Source of the DNA: Balanoglossus misakiensis
Taxonomy: Eukaryota > Animalia > Hemichordata
Assembly: GCA_040954595.2 (NCBI GenBank)
Contig: CM082591.2
Coordinates: forward strand, 1,401,745 to 1,465,744
Length of the DNA stretch: 64,000 nt
Direction: 5' to 3'
Shown piece by piece: positions 14,401 through 29,400 of this stretch (position 1 is its first letter; each line of letters begins with the position of its first letter). The notes beneath the pieces were generated by a model. It was not told the origin of the DNA. It ran no database searches and worked only from the letters and a program-made list of their open reading frames with translations. The position numbers and the translations under genes are program-made.

Positions 14401-17400
14401 CACCGGCACGGGTTTCAGAGGGAAGGGTCTGATCTTGTCACCGGTTTCCATGGTTACACTGGATGCTTCGCTGGATGACGGAGAGATAACACTAGGCGGG
14501 CCTGATGTGGCATCACTGAGCAATTCATAGATGTTCTCCCCGTCTGGTGTTTTGGTCGAGTCAGAACATACTTGGCTTGAGATCTGAAATAATTTATGAA
14601 AAAATATTACGATGTACATTAATTGACATACAATCAAACTTGAATACAGTGGCCAGTCAAGGGACTTTTCTAAACTGGCCTTTATAGACAGGTGGCCCTC
14701 TATAGACAGGTCGATTAAAGTACATGTAAATTGTACAGGGACTGTAACAAAGTTGCCACTATAGACAAGTGGCCACTATACAGAGGTGGCTGCTAACATA
14801 CGTTTGACTGTAACTTGTTGAGGCTGTAATTGTCTAAAACATTATCCACACAGCACACTAATGTTGAATTACTTACTGTCAACGTTTGCGGTCTGTCTTC
14901 AAACTCAATCAACAGCTTCTCAGTTTTGTCCACATCTGGTTGTTTCTCACAACTCTCCATCAGAGCTTTGTCTCCGATCTTCACCTGGTCACCGTCAGTG
15001 TCCACTTGCCTCAAGAGTTCATAGGTGCCTGCCACAGTCTCGTCATAGTAGTTTCTATCTGGGAGGGGTGGGGGAGGGGTTGACACTGGGGGGGGGAGAG
15101 GTATACAACACAATCAATCAATCAATCAAGTTTCTGACAAGTTTCTTAGAGGAACGGCGCGGTGAAAGTGGTCAAAGTTCCTTCTCAAAGACTTTCAAGG
15201 ATATGTATGCACACATCAGCATCACTTATAATCCACAGAAACAAGTTTAACATCTCAACATACCTGATTCTGGTCTATCACTTGGTTGCATGTTATCATT
15301 TCCAAAGAATTTTGACTTGCCTCCTGACACACTTCCTATTTTCGATGTTTCTTCATTTCTCTTTATCCTGACATCACTAGTGTTATTTGCAGCCTCTTTA
15401 TGGTCAGTCACAGTTCGACCTTTTGGCGGGGGAATATCGTAGGTTGAGTCCTCACTTGCAAACTGGATGAGATCAATCTGTTTCGGTTTGTTCCCGTTCA
15501 CCGCGTTTTGCTTTTTACTCTGAGGGGCGCGCCTTGCAGCGTTCACAGTCGATGCCGGAAGTGAGCCCGTCCTGGTTCTTTCCGTGGAAGACTTCTCCGG
15601 AGTAACATTCGCCGTGGAATGCCGCATTCCTGAATGCCTTGCTGGTTTCTGTGGTGGGGTCCTCAAAGGGGGAAGATTGAGATAACCTTTGGATGCGGTC
15701 GGACTGCTTTCATCCGAACTCTCGCAACTTGAACTTGAACCGCTGATGGACTGGTAGTCTGGACTGGAGACATTATCGTACGGTGTCTGCACCAAGTCAC
15801 TTCTTCTGTCGCCTTCTTTGCCGGCTTTGGAGATCAAAATCGGCGATGGCTTTTTGATACCTGTGATGGAGGTGATAAAAAAGGGATTCATGAAAACATC
15901 AACATATACCCCTATCACCCCCAGTTCCCTCTATAGAGGTCCAACCTTACTATAGAAAACAATGGGTTTGGACTGAACCATTGGCGATGAAAGGGTTAAA
16001 TGAAAACAATTAATTCCGTTATATAAAGATCTATTCTCCTCCAAAAATGGGATTACATCAATGTGCCATGAGGGGAAATCCCACTGCACCATAATTCATT
16101 TGAAGTTCTGGTTACAGCATCTGACCCCTGGGGTCATAATTTTCTGTTGGAGTGCTTTCAATGGTTTTGTAGCCTGGGTTAAGTACGCCCCCATCCTGTA
16201 GAGTTAATTCACACAGGACAATCAACATCCATCAGTTTTCCTGCCAGTATTAGCCACTTAATTTTCCCGCCAATATCTCAGAGTGTTGGTAATTAGGATA
16301 GCGAAAACATGGCCTCAAAAAGCACATCATCTTGTTGCCCCTTGATCATGTTTCAGGTGTCCCCCACCTGACAGATAGACCCTCCCAGCTACAAAGCTCT
16401 ATTTCATATGAATGTCTTTTCTGGAATGCCCAGGCAATCAGTTACACACTGCGTAATGGCTCACGGCCCACGGCAACAAAGCAAGCCGGTCAATTCAGCT
16501 GAATTCCTAATTCATCAAACCTGTCTACTAAGCGAGTTCGCAATCAAAGCAACACAGCTAACAATCACTTCCCATCACAGAGCTGTTCATCAAAGAAAAT
16601 ATAGAGAGAATTGTTGTGTCTTATACCATGTTCACACTGGATAAAACTAGAAACGCTTCCGACACTGCAATTTAAAAACAAGATGAATCCTTCGAGTCGC
16701 TTTGTGTCCATAGATACAATGCAGAGAGGTGTTAATCCTTTACACTGGCTCAGGTCTGACTGGCAAAGCCGACTTAATTATGAAACGTTCCAGGACCACT
16801 TAAACTGTTCACACATAATAATTTATGCCTGGATTTGAGCTGAGACATTTCAGAAGCGTTTTAAATGCACGAGTGTGAACCCCCGTTTAATCCAATCATA
16901 CTGCACGTTATTTACTCAAGACATATCTGTCTCGACTGCATCTGAAAATGATGGGACTGAATGGTGCTAGTCACGTCCCCTAGGTAACACTGCTTGTTTA
17001 GCAACTGATGGGTAATTCATTTTCTTTAGACTGGCATATTTCTGCTCCGAGTGTAAATTACATGAAAAGCTGGATGATCTGCAAATGGATTTTTACGACA
17101 CTTGGGGCAAGTTGGTGATTAAGTCTTCACACATTCTATTACTTTTATCGCCTAAACATTGCTCCTTTTAGAATAATTGTGAAGTGGGTGTCTGCTATTG
17201 ATTGACTGCATAAATGGGTAGACAGAAACAAAATGCCGACTAGTAGAAGAGCTAGGTTTTCCTGCATCACTGGAGAAAGCTGCTGCAAATATTGACAAAC
17301 CAGGAGCTGTCACTTATGCCACATAGATGAGTAACTGCAGATATTTCATCTTCAAGCTGATGCGATTTATATCGCGCCAACACCCACACAGATGCGACGG

Positions 17401-20400
17401 AAAATTAATTTCTGGAAAAGGAAAATTTCCAATTGCCACCTAACCTCTGCGGTTTTAGTGACAGGATAAGCAGACTTATAGACTATGATTCTCTTGTTAA
17501 GAAATTGTGATTTCATGGGAATGTCTATTTCGATTTGTGTCATGCAGTTTGATTTTATGCAATTGGATGGTTTCTGTCGTGGCTTTGCAAGTCATATCAG
17601 TATTACGAGTGACAGATAATTCCATACGATCATGCCATGGTACTTGTCTGGGATCTTATTCAAAGTCATGCGGAGTATCTTTTCTAGGGCCTGAAATATA
17701 CAATGGTCTGTTCAAGACCAGACATGCAGAAACAAAACAATTGTGACTGTACAATAACGTCTACGAACAGATCCGAAGAGTTAGCTGACCTTTGATCATA
17801 GCTGCTATTTCCTTGGATTTTTGAGACATGTTAATTTCTTCCACAATGTCAAGTGCCGTCTTCCCATCCTCATTCCGACAGGTGGTATCTACGCCATGCT
17901 CCATCAGTAAACGTACCACTTCCAGTTTTCCATACAAGGCAGCTTCATGAAGAGCTGTTCCACTGTTGCTCTGTGGCATAAAGGAAAAGCAAATTATTTA
18001 CATGAGTGATGGAGAATCAATTGCCGACAAATACTATATGTTAACGGGACACTATCTGTAACTTTTGATGACGAATTCACTACCGTAATTCAGGGAATTA
18101 AACACAGAGGAACCAAACAGTCTCCTCAATTAAGCAGCAGCTTCTGTTTCTGCATTATGCATGAAATGACAGACTGATATAATCCTGCAGACATGAAACT
18201 TGGCTTAGTGGTGCGACCAGACCAGACACACAGCACAATTGATCCTGTCCGGACTCTATCTCGATATGCATTACTTTCAAATAGAAATTCCCAGACAATA
18301 ATGCAAATTAAAACTCTCCTGCAAACATGCTTAATAGATGTAATATTTCTCATGGAAATTTATCATATGTACACATTGGCTATCACATGACCACTATTAT
18401 GCACTGAACATCTCTCAGCACATTCTTTGGTTGCATTAGTGTTTCACCATCTAAAGTACATAATAACCTTATGTTTACAGAAAGGTTAATAGTGGATAAA
18501 AGATTTCTCCGGAACCTGAAGGACAACTTAAACTACTTATTGCACATACGCTTCAAGGATATATTTTTTGTCCATTCCAATGTAGGAGATAGAGAAATAA
18601 TCTATGTGTGGGTATTAAACATGTATAAATATCCAATGAATGTGATGTGAATAATTGCAAGACTATTTGATAGAGAAGAAATGTGCAACAGGAAAAAATG
18701 CTGATCTTCAAGGAGACATAGTTCTCTCCCTGCGCAATCGCAAAGTGTCAGGAAGGTCACAACTTGACAGGTCAAAGGGTTTCTCCCATCTGAAAGGAGA
18801 ATGACCTTTTTAACCCTTGTCTACACTATTAACTCAGACAGCCCATATTAAATGGTATTATTTCTCCTCGCTTTTTTATTCAAAATGATTGCACCTTCAG
18901 AACGAAATAATTTCAATCTTGTGGTATGCATGGATAATAAACTTGTAATAAACTTGTGTTTTATGGGATTCAACCTCAAACCTATCGTACCAATTCACGT
19001 AGCAAGGAATCACTTTGCAGTAAATGATGAAATATTTCTTTCAAATCAGCAAAACCACAAAAACAACATCACATGCTGGTTTAAAGGTTAAACACGACAC
19101 TGGCATGTCTGAACGGCTGCAGTTTGAAAAAGAAACCGAATAAGCTCTCCATTAAAGCAATCACTAAGTCCTCAGCGCCAATTTTTAGAACTACTGATGA
19201 ATTTCTGTAAAATATCAATACCCTGATTCACCAACTGTTTCAATTTAATGGTTTTATAATTGCAATCAATAAAGTTTATGAGCAAAATAATTGAGAAGAC
19301 TTGAAAGCGGATCTGTATATATGTGGTACGGAATCAGAGTTCAGTCTAGGTCAATGCACTGTGATACGACACCCACAAAAGTTGTGCATTGCCTTCCCTC
19401 ATATACTTTGCCATGAACTGTATTAACAACCTCATAAATTGTTTGCGCATCACTAATACACAATGCGGGGGTATAACTTATTTTACAGCCGGATTTTCAA
19501 ATCAAAATTGTCGTGATTTCTCAAATTCCTTTTATGTAAGGTCACTGATCAAACTAGCTGAATAAGATATCGATAAACAGATGAAAGAATTGCTGACATT
19601 GTTATGATATTAAATCTCAAAGTTACAAAAATATCTCCAGCAGATGAAATATGATAGAAATTTTAAAAGGCAATCAGCAATAATTGCCTTTATAATAATA
19701 AGGCAATCAGCCATAATTGAAATATAATTATAATACTAATGATGCTATAACGAGTTTTGTCCTTCACTTAAAAGTACCCAGAATCATACTGAAAAAGAAA
19801 CTCAATTGATGTCAAACACTGTAAACAAAATAATTACTTGACCAAAACATCGCATAGGATTTTGAAACAAAACTGAACGGCAGAATATTGAAGAGGTACA
19901 CCAACTTAACATTTTCAAGAGATGAGGTACTCACAGTTTCTTGACAGCACGCAAGGTGTCGACAAGCAGCTGTCCAATGTAAAGCTTAGAGAGGATATTT
20001 GTCGTCTGTCAGAGCAAACTGAACTGAACGCATTCATATGCATAAATCCTTGAATAGACAGACTCGCAGAGAAACAGTGCAGGATGTATGTAGGAGTGTA
20101 CCCAGCTGTTATGTGTTTAAGTTCAGCGATTAACTTTCATGTATGCTTCGTAATGATGTCAGTCGGTGCATGCCATTTTACTGATAGGGGTGTCTCCTGC
20201 CAGAACAAGTTGAGGCAGATCGCTTGAGGACATATAAAAACATATCGTATTTGAAGCAATTATTTCATTGTCATGGAAACAGTATCTTGTTTAATTGGAC
20301 ATCAAAAATTCAATTATATCTGAATTCTGTTCTATTTGGTGATTAGCTGTTATGGTTACTAGACAATATTTATGTAGTTGATTTCTTTGAGAAAAATGCA

Positions 20401-23400
20401 CCATGGTTGGTCTGCAACTCATCCCAAGTCACGCCACAAAAATGTCCGCCTGGCCGTCGTAACCCCAATCCCAACCACTGGTATTAAAACAAAGTTAATT
20501 TGATACACCATCAATAAGTATCTGTTTCTGACATCTGAAACGTTTGAGATTATTCCCAAACCGACCCACTGCTTAAAAATGTCTTAGTTTGGCATCAATC
20601 ACCAATCCTTGATTTTTTAATTAAAATAAAACAGTGGGTAAAATGATGAGTATTAAAGATGCCTTCAGTTTTTAAGAGAGTTCATCTTCTTAATGATCAA
20701 CATTTAAGTGGAAAAATCATTACCCTTTTGACCTTATTGCACAACAGTTAGAGTTTCCCACTGAGAGAAATTGTAAAGATGGTGAATACAACACGTAGTC
20801 ATCAGTAGTGATATAACAGTAATCTGGATTAATTCCTATTGATACTGAAGTATCCTATGTAGACGCTCCATTGCTTAACAATAGAAGCCGCCACACAATG
20901 GTCCTCACGACTATATTACAAAAAGACAGCGCATGATTTCACTCTGATCACATCTCATTTGGAGAGTCACACTGAGAATAGTAATTTCGGGCAGAATGAT
21001 GATGTATGATACGGGTAGCCAGACGTCTACTTGGTTACCACAGTTCCCACTGAAGCCCCACTTGCGGTGACGGCGACAGAAAAAAAGTCGACTCGAAACG
21101 CAATCATTCATACTCTGTCAGGATGATGTCATGCAGTGATACTTGAATCTGAATACCAAATGACTGTCTGTGTTCAGTAACAGACTGGCAATTCGCCACC
21201 AGTTCCAGCGATTTCAGCGAACTATCACGTACACCCATCACTCTTAGTGTTAGCAACAAGCTAGTCCAAACATGTTCGAAGTCAGAGAGAAGCTTCCTCT
21301 TCACTATATGTACCGATAATTAAACAAGTTTCATGTCCATGGCAATTCTCAATAACCAAATTCATATATACTACAGTTGGAATCTGCCCACAGATCCTTC
21401 AAATATTGGTACATGTCTGCCAGAGATAATTTACAACAAAAAGCCACAACCCCTATAAACAGGGAATTACCGGCACAAATTTAATTTCGTCCCTTGACAA
21501 GTTTCTATCAAAGTGTATATATTATCACGTCACCAACTGGCATCTGGGAATATTGTAAATTTGTTCGATCAGAGAACTGTCAATCATTTGAATTTTCAGA
21601 TTATCATATGGGAATTAACACACACTGTGTTCGTATGTATGCTCAGTAATTAGTTTTTAGGTTTGACGGGTCAGATGAGCTAAGATTTTCATTACTCTGG
21701 TAACAGCTACCACTTACTACAGAGGGCAGATGAAGCTAATTTATTGACATCATGTCAAATCAATGTCAGACAGAACTGGTATCAATGTACTTGTCATGAA
21801 AACACTGTAACAGATACACACACATCAAACCCATCTAGAGAACTTATCATTTCTACCCAATATACCGGTATATAGCCACAAACATGCCCCAAGTTTTTAC
21901 TCACAGGAATATTCCTTGCTCATAACTTTTTTAATTTTTGTTAGCAATTTTTTTTTTTTTTTTGTGTGTGTGTGTTATCAACTGATTCTTAATCTCCAAC
22001 CTGAAATGAAAAATAAAATCCTATGGGTCCTTGCAAATTTAAGACTATACAACCTGACCAAAATATCTCAAATCTACCAGTATTTAAGGATTTAAGCCAT
22101 GTTTTATCTACCGGTATGATAAATATCTACAGAGAGGGGAATGATTTTGATCTTTATGGAAACTGACCAAGATGTATCTATTCTTGTAGTATAAAGAGTA
22201 TTTGAGGATCAGATTCAACACAGCAAGGAGCTGGGAGACATCCATCTTTTCTAAAACACTCTCCCAGAGGTACACTCCATCTTGAAGACGCTAATCTCAA
22301 ATCTTAAAGTTGCTAGACAGATATCAAGGCAATCAGAAGGAAGCTGTATTTTACCATGATGGATTTATGTGAGCAGCTGGGAGACTGAAACACAAGGGAG
22401 TGATTCTTAGAGCAATAAATGTTTAAACAGAGATGATCTCATCTTATGTTTCATGAGATGAGAGTGTCTCTGTGGAATTGTCTATGTGGTTTTCACATGT
22501 AAAATTCAGAGTAATATTTTCTCTCATATAAACATGCATTTTGAGATGATATTTTAAAATTTCAACACCTGTTTATCTCACAAGTATGCCAATTTCCATG
22601 AGTGATTCTAAAGTCTATGATTGGTATTTTATTTTTCAGGGTTTTTTAGGACTTTCCCAAATTTCATTCAACATTAACTTTTCCCAAACTTTTCGGGAAT
22701 GAACTTTATTTCCTTGTCTTCACCCATGAAGTTTCAAACTCCAGGGTTTTCCAGAAACCATGGTCTGAATTCTCTACAGTAATAGGACTCCTGGGAGGCA
22801 ACCCTTCAATCTCGCTGAATAACCTGTTCACTTGACCTCAAGAGAGGTCAAACACTGCTTGTTAGCAGAAAGGGGTGTTGTCTCTCTTCCCTGAGACCAT
22901 CACACACATTCAGGTGCAAAACAACATCCTATCATTTATACTTCAGTATCTTTACACCCTCTTTTTTAACCTTGAAACAGTTACAAGACATTAGTATGCA
23001 AAGTCCGCAGTTATGGTACAATGTATCCTGTTTCCATGGGAACAGTCCTGTAGCAGATGAAGCAGAGCAGGTCAAGCGATGTAGATGTTGATATTCGTTG
23101 ATTGATTGGCTAGCAACAGCATCAGAAAACCGTGGCAACCATTGGAATGCGTCCAAAACAATAAATAAATGAACCCTGGGTGATATTTTCATAATGGATG
23201 GGCATAATAAGTGTAAAGTTAGAGGTACGTTTATTTCATGTGTGTCTCGTTTCTTTGTTCACTGTCTGAATCATATTTCCATGACCTGAGCCGACCACAT
23301 TGGGGTGAATATGAACACAATATCATGTACAGATCCTCCCACTGTCGAATACCACTCAACAGTACCCCAAACACTCAATCGCACCACATTAGTATGCAAG

Positions 23401-26400
23401 GCTGTCTTCACCTCACCCGATCAGCTCTCTTATCGCGGATGAAATCTTTCCATAATGCCATAATTTCAGTGTTCTATTGACATTTAACCAGATCCGACAA
23501 CGCACACTTAGGGACAAGCCTTTGTTATTCAAAAAGGAGACCTCTCAACACACATCAGGAAGCTCATAAAAACATCACCGACAACTTAGCAGTGAGCTTT
23601 GAATCACATGCACTAAAATACAATTTCGCACCTACCCAGAAAATTCAGCAGTTCACAATTGTCAACAATTCAGCCCAGTTAAAAATCTAAAATTTTCAAA
23701 TTAATGTGTGTACTTTGAACTGCAGGGATGATAAATATTGCTTCCTTTATTGGTGAATGATAAATGTGTTAATGGCCTGCAAAAGGTCACTACGAATTAA
23801 ATTCTCAACAATGGAGGCTGATTATCAAATTTGTAGTGAACCAATTTCTGTACGTTGACTTTGACTTTTGTATTAAATGCAAAAAATGTTGTTTTCTTCT
23901 CGATATTGATCACACATATTACATACAGTGTAAATTAACAGTGTTTTTGTCCAAAATCGTCACTCAAATCGATAGAAACTATAGCAAAATATGAAATTTC
24001 TGATAATATTTTGGGGTTGATATTATAGTTCATGACAACAGTGACATTTGAGAAGACCCCTTAGGTGCTCATGCATAATCAATAGCTCTACATGTACTGC
24101 TATCACTTGTCGCCTGGAATCCTCAGCACACAAATTGACAGTCATTAAGATAAAGAACTTAATATCTGGGCTAAGAGTCTCCATTTACTCTGTCTCCTTA
24201 GTTTGTTTACTAAGCGCGAGATCTAATATACACAGCTGGAAGTATTATGGACCTTATGTTGAAACTGGAACGATTCATTTCTGCAAAACTAAGTAATATT
24301 TGATGCATGCGAATGAAATTTTCATGTCTCCCTCTGCTTGCTGTCTTATTTTTTTACGTAATGCATTAAAGTCATGAAAAATTTAGTTTGCAGAGAGCTA
24401 ATAAAATTTAGATGATGTTGAAAAGTCTTCATTGTCTGGAAGCAGTTTCTTCCTACAATAAAAGATTCATGCTAGTAATTTATGCAAGAATTACTTTGAT
24501 TTGTTAATTTCTAAACATTGTATTTGTAATGGAAGGTTTGGCAAACTGACTGAAAAACGACAATATCGCTGTGTATTTAATTGTACCCCTATCATGTGAC
24601 TAATCCCACATCTATTTTCCATAGAACACTGCAGTAGTCTGTGTACTACAACATTTCAATCCAATGTATTGTAAAATATCAATCAAACATTAACTTATAA
24701 TGAAATTGTGACACGATGACATCTACCGTATAATACATATATCAACGCTGAAATGCACATGCGGTTTACACGACTAATTCACTACCCGAATGAGACCAGC
24801 ACAGACAATAGAATTTGAGATTGGTGAGGAATTAAAGCAGCCCAACTGTACCAGAGGTGGAAAACCAACATATCATAAATAACGGAAAAGTTCCATCGGG
24901 GAGTAATGTGAGTTGTATTGTGGCAAATGAGGTGAACAGGCTGTGGGTTTTATTTGTGGGAAGAATATGGGCAGGTGTTCGGGACAAGCAATTTGTCAGG
25001 ATACGAGACAGAATGCCATTTGCCGTTTTCTGAGTTTGGCAATAAGTCATGTGGGATACATTCACAGCAGACCCCTATATATACAGCCTGATTTCAAAAT
25101 TTCCTGACAGCAGTATGAATAAATACAAGTGAGAAGATCGCTTTGCCTAGACTCTGTGAAATCTAATGCTATGGATTCAAATGATCATCTGTGAATTCAA
25201 TACCGTGGTAACTGATGATTGTTCGACTAATGGGTTTGGTTGTGTTGACACTATACACAGTTCTGACAATTAACAAACTAAAGAAGTGTAATAGAGATTG
25301 TAGATGATGTCTCCTCTATCTTTTACAGACATTGCCAGAAGCATACATGTTGTAATACTACAGGTGTTGTGGTTATGATATAAAAGAGTACTTGCAGACA
25401 TAAGAAATAAAGCCACTTTATGAAATATGATGATTTGTAGACGTAATTCACACTGTACAATGAATGAATGAATGAATGAATGAATGAATGAATGAATGAA
25501 TGAATGAATGAATGAATGAATGAATGAATGAAAGTACCAAAATTAAATGTTACTGGAGATTTAAAAGCTATTCAGAGAAGAACAAGAAACTGAAATTGAC
25601 AGAAAGAGAGAAAAATGCAGAAAAAAATCATTAACAAGTTGGAGTAACTGGGGCTTAAATATTGCAAGCAGGGGCAAAATATTATCCCACTTAGATGAGA
25701 TGGAACACTGCAGCAGGTGGAAGCAGTCGCTATTAGTGTGAGAGTATGCCCAGCACATGAATCGGTAGATGTCTCTGTCTGGATAAATAGAGACAGGTAT
25801 CCCAGAGCTACAAACACTCCCAGTTATCTAAAATAGAATCTGACAGCCACAATCTAACTCAGGGGAAATCGAAAAAAGAAAAAGAAACACCAGGTGTTAT
25901 TATTACCTCTCATTCATGCCGGCTGCAACATCAAAATATCCATGTGGAATTCCCTGGTTTTCTGTATTTTAGATCCGCAATTCCTTGCACGGAAAGCTGT
26001 TATTCGCTTCGCAGGAATTGAGAAATCCTGGGCTGTCTGACAGCAGTGTGCAGGTTAGCAGAGGTGGTTAGTCATAGCTTTCTCATTACATGAGCTGATT
26101 TTAGTGATACAGTTTCCCAGTGGAGGTTTGTTCTTATATTCAGAGCAGAGATGTTACATTTCATACATCAAACAATAGTGAGGTGTATTTCATTGGATCA
26201 GTTTACTCAGACAAACCATTCAGTTCAAGGGGTGGCAAAGAAAGCGACTCTCAAACAAATATCAATACGAATGAACGATTACAATCAACGAAAAAAGCAC
26301 TTTAATTTTCTTCAAATTTTGGCATCCATGATCAGATACGAAATATAACAGTGATGTTTCATTCAAATTGTCCAATTGTAAATTTCATTAATAAAGGAGT

Positions 26401-29400
26401 CACTGTCCCATTAACACAGATATTGGAATAATCCACTCTGTGTGAAAGGGGTGTATCAGTATCAAAGAATAGGACACCCATATATGAACACAGGATGGGT
26501 TCTAAACCTCACGCATTTTTCCTTTCTATTTCCCTGCATGTGTTAGACTCGGAATTTCAATCTGCTGAAATGAAAAGATTTTGCTTCACATGGAAGTGGG
26601 TCATTTCAGCGATTGGAGGCAGTATATGTAATGTGATTAAAACCAGGAAATTGTTTTCAATTCTGAATAACACGCCACTACTTAACAGAGTACTTGGCAA
26701 TTTCGAGCTGGGCGAAGTCATGCGCCAACAACACTACACGTGCACGGACCAGTGGCTCAGTTTTTAAATACCACATCATTACACACCTGATCTCACAGAC
26801 ACATTCGACGTACATTTTCATTTTATAATCAGCCAGAGTGACTGCAGTAAACTTTACGACGCAATCCTTGATTATTGATGCCAGGAAATCTATGGCAGTG
26901 ATGTATTTTATGGCGACCGATGCCATCAAAAAGTTGACTGACATTTAATTTTTATAGCGTGGGGCACACTTCTTTCACAGCACAATCGGCCAGGACATGC
27001 CCTTCATAAATGAAGTCATTACTTTTACAGAGATTTAAAGTGTCTGTATTTTAGTGTTATCTGTACAGAGAACAGAAACCCCATAACCTTCTTGTGACCA
27101 TCAAGGAGTATTTCAAGGATAATTCAGAAAGTCTAGCCCCGGGCATCGTCCAAGGATATCAGGAATTCTATGCGAACTAGAAAAACACATTTTCACTGAT
27201 CTTTCCTTGGGACAAACTTACAAAGCAAATAACAAGTAATTTCAACAGTCCAACTGATCTGAACCAGTACATGTACTCAGCTTTCACAGGCAAACATTCA
27301 TGCTCCCTTCAACAAAATGGGATTTCAGTTTAATTGGCCATGTCTAATTTGAGGAAGGCAGCATAGCCACTCTAAGGCCAACTGAATAAATCTGTTGAAT
27401 CCACAGTAAAGGAATGCTTTGATCCAGTTGAATTAATACTTTTCATGTCATAGCCAATTCTTTGAGTCTACGTTATTGAATGGAATCCAAAGGTTATATT
27501 GTGCAAAGTGCGATAAAGATATCATGAATTTCCTTTAATGCTAAAAGACAGAATTCAGTCACGTTCCTAGCATTTCCAGTTTCCAATCTCATTTGTATCG
27601 GCTTTGCAAGTCCGTAGGGAGTCTCACAGTTAGAATCATGAAAGGGGAAAAAGAAATCCAAGATATTAGCTCCACGACCTTCTACACCGCACGCATGTTG
27701 ATGAAGCAGTCAACGGATTATGTTGGAGGCAAGAATTTGTAGTCACTTAGTTGCCTGTCGCCTTTATACACCTTTGATGTCAAATTACAAATTGTTATGC
27801 TAGTCACAGCAAAATTGTACAATTTACTCCACATGCACGAAGTCTAGATTAGCGCCAGCAACGACATGATCCATCTTGCTTTTGTTTAGAGTACGAAAAA
27901 GTATCCAACAACATAACTTCCTTAGTTCTCTGCAATTATATGTACACAGATTACTTACCTTCACACCTCTCTATTTAAGGACAGATTTTTAAGACAAAAG
28001 TTACGGTTTGAAAAACATATTAACAAGCTATAAAAGACATCCCTCTATAAGGACGAACATGTATTTTCTGGTCCCAGAAGTGTCCTTAATAGACAGGTTT
28101 CACTGTATCTACAGAGAGCTAGTTAGCATCCCTGAAAAGTAATCAATCAACCTACCATGCCGTTAATATCACCCCCTGCATCAAGCAAGGCCTTTACAAC
28201 TTGGATGTGTCCATTCTTGGCAGCCAGGTGGAGAGGGGTATGTGTTGATGGAGAGTTCTCCAATAATGCCGGGTACTGCTGCAGTAAGAGTTGCACTGTC
28301 TCTAGTTTTCCGTACATCGCAGCCAAGTCCAGCGGGGATTGGAAATTCTTGTTTCTGTTGGCAGCTCTTCCATGTTTCTGTGAAGTCAAAGAAATTACTT
28401 GATTATTTCTCTGTGCAAATGAAGGCAAGCTATTAAAGTACACTCGGATGGAATTACTCCGAAAAATGTGGACAAAAATACCATACCTTCAGAAGTAACT
28501 TGACAACTTCCGTGTGACCATACTGTGCCGCAAAATGTAATGCTGTGTCACCATCTGAGTTCTGCAAAACAAAAAATAAAATAATTTTATCACCTTGGTA
28601 TCTTACTGTCATTCACTGAACTTATTTATACATCACTTCAAAACAAGGATATCAAAAAGAGTAGAATGAACAACTTTACAAGCAAGCTTAAACAACAATC
28701 TGGTCATTATATCTGGTCATGATCTTCCAGATGCAACATATATGTAGAAGTTATGCGATGAAAGATTGCAAAATGTAGAATATATTATTACCTGTTCATT
28801 TACTCTAACTTTTTGTGTGCCAAGTAAAATCTCCACAATATCAGCATTGCCGGTCCATGAAGCAAGGTGTAGTGGGTGAAGTCCTTTGTTGTCAGCGATG
28901 CTTGGATTGGCGTCATGTTTGACAAGAAAATTGACTATGTCTCTGTAGAAGTGATGATACAGAGATAGAATTGGATGAGTTTGTCATGTGACAAAATAAA
29001 AGACATGCAACTCTCAATCTATGGAACAAAAGCAACCAAAATAATGCTATAAATTAATGATTTTGGTATCTCAAACATTTGAAATATGACAATGAATCGA
29101 GGGAACTGGAGAGATAAATCTGATAAGACAACAATGTACATGTAACAAAGCAGTCATAGAATTTATGCTCTACTAAATTACACCTATTTTTATACATAAG
29201 TGTTTTGATGTCGTGTCTTGAAGCAGGAAATAACAGAATGACTGAAGGTCAACTTTTGGCCAAAACTGCCACACCAAGGTCAAGCTATGGTCAAAACCAC
29301 TTCCAAATCTGGGTCCAACAGAAAAGTTAAATACTATTGGTACGACAAGTGACAGCCTGGTAACTGAGGATAAAAGCAATTGGTAAAAGAACTGCAGAGG

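Noticed and set aside
19935-20040. ATG-containing segment ending at a gtgagt donor in ANKS1 intron 5
   Set aside because: It ends in phase 1, incompatible with the next exon (17970, phase 0), and there is no other support.
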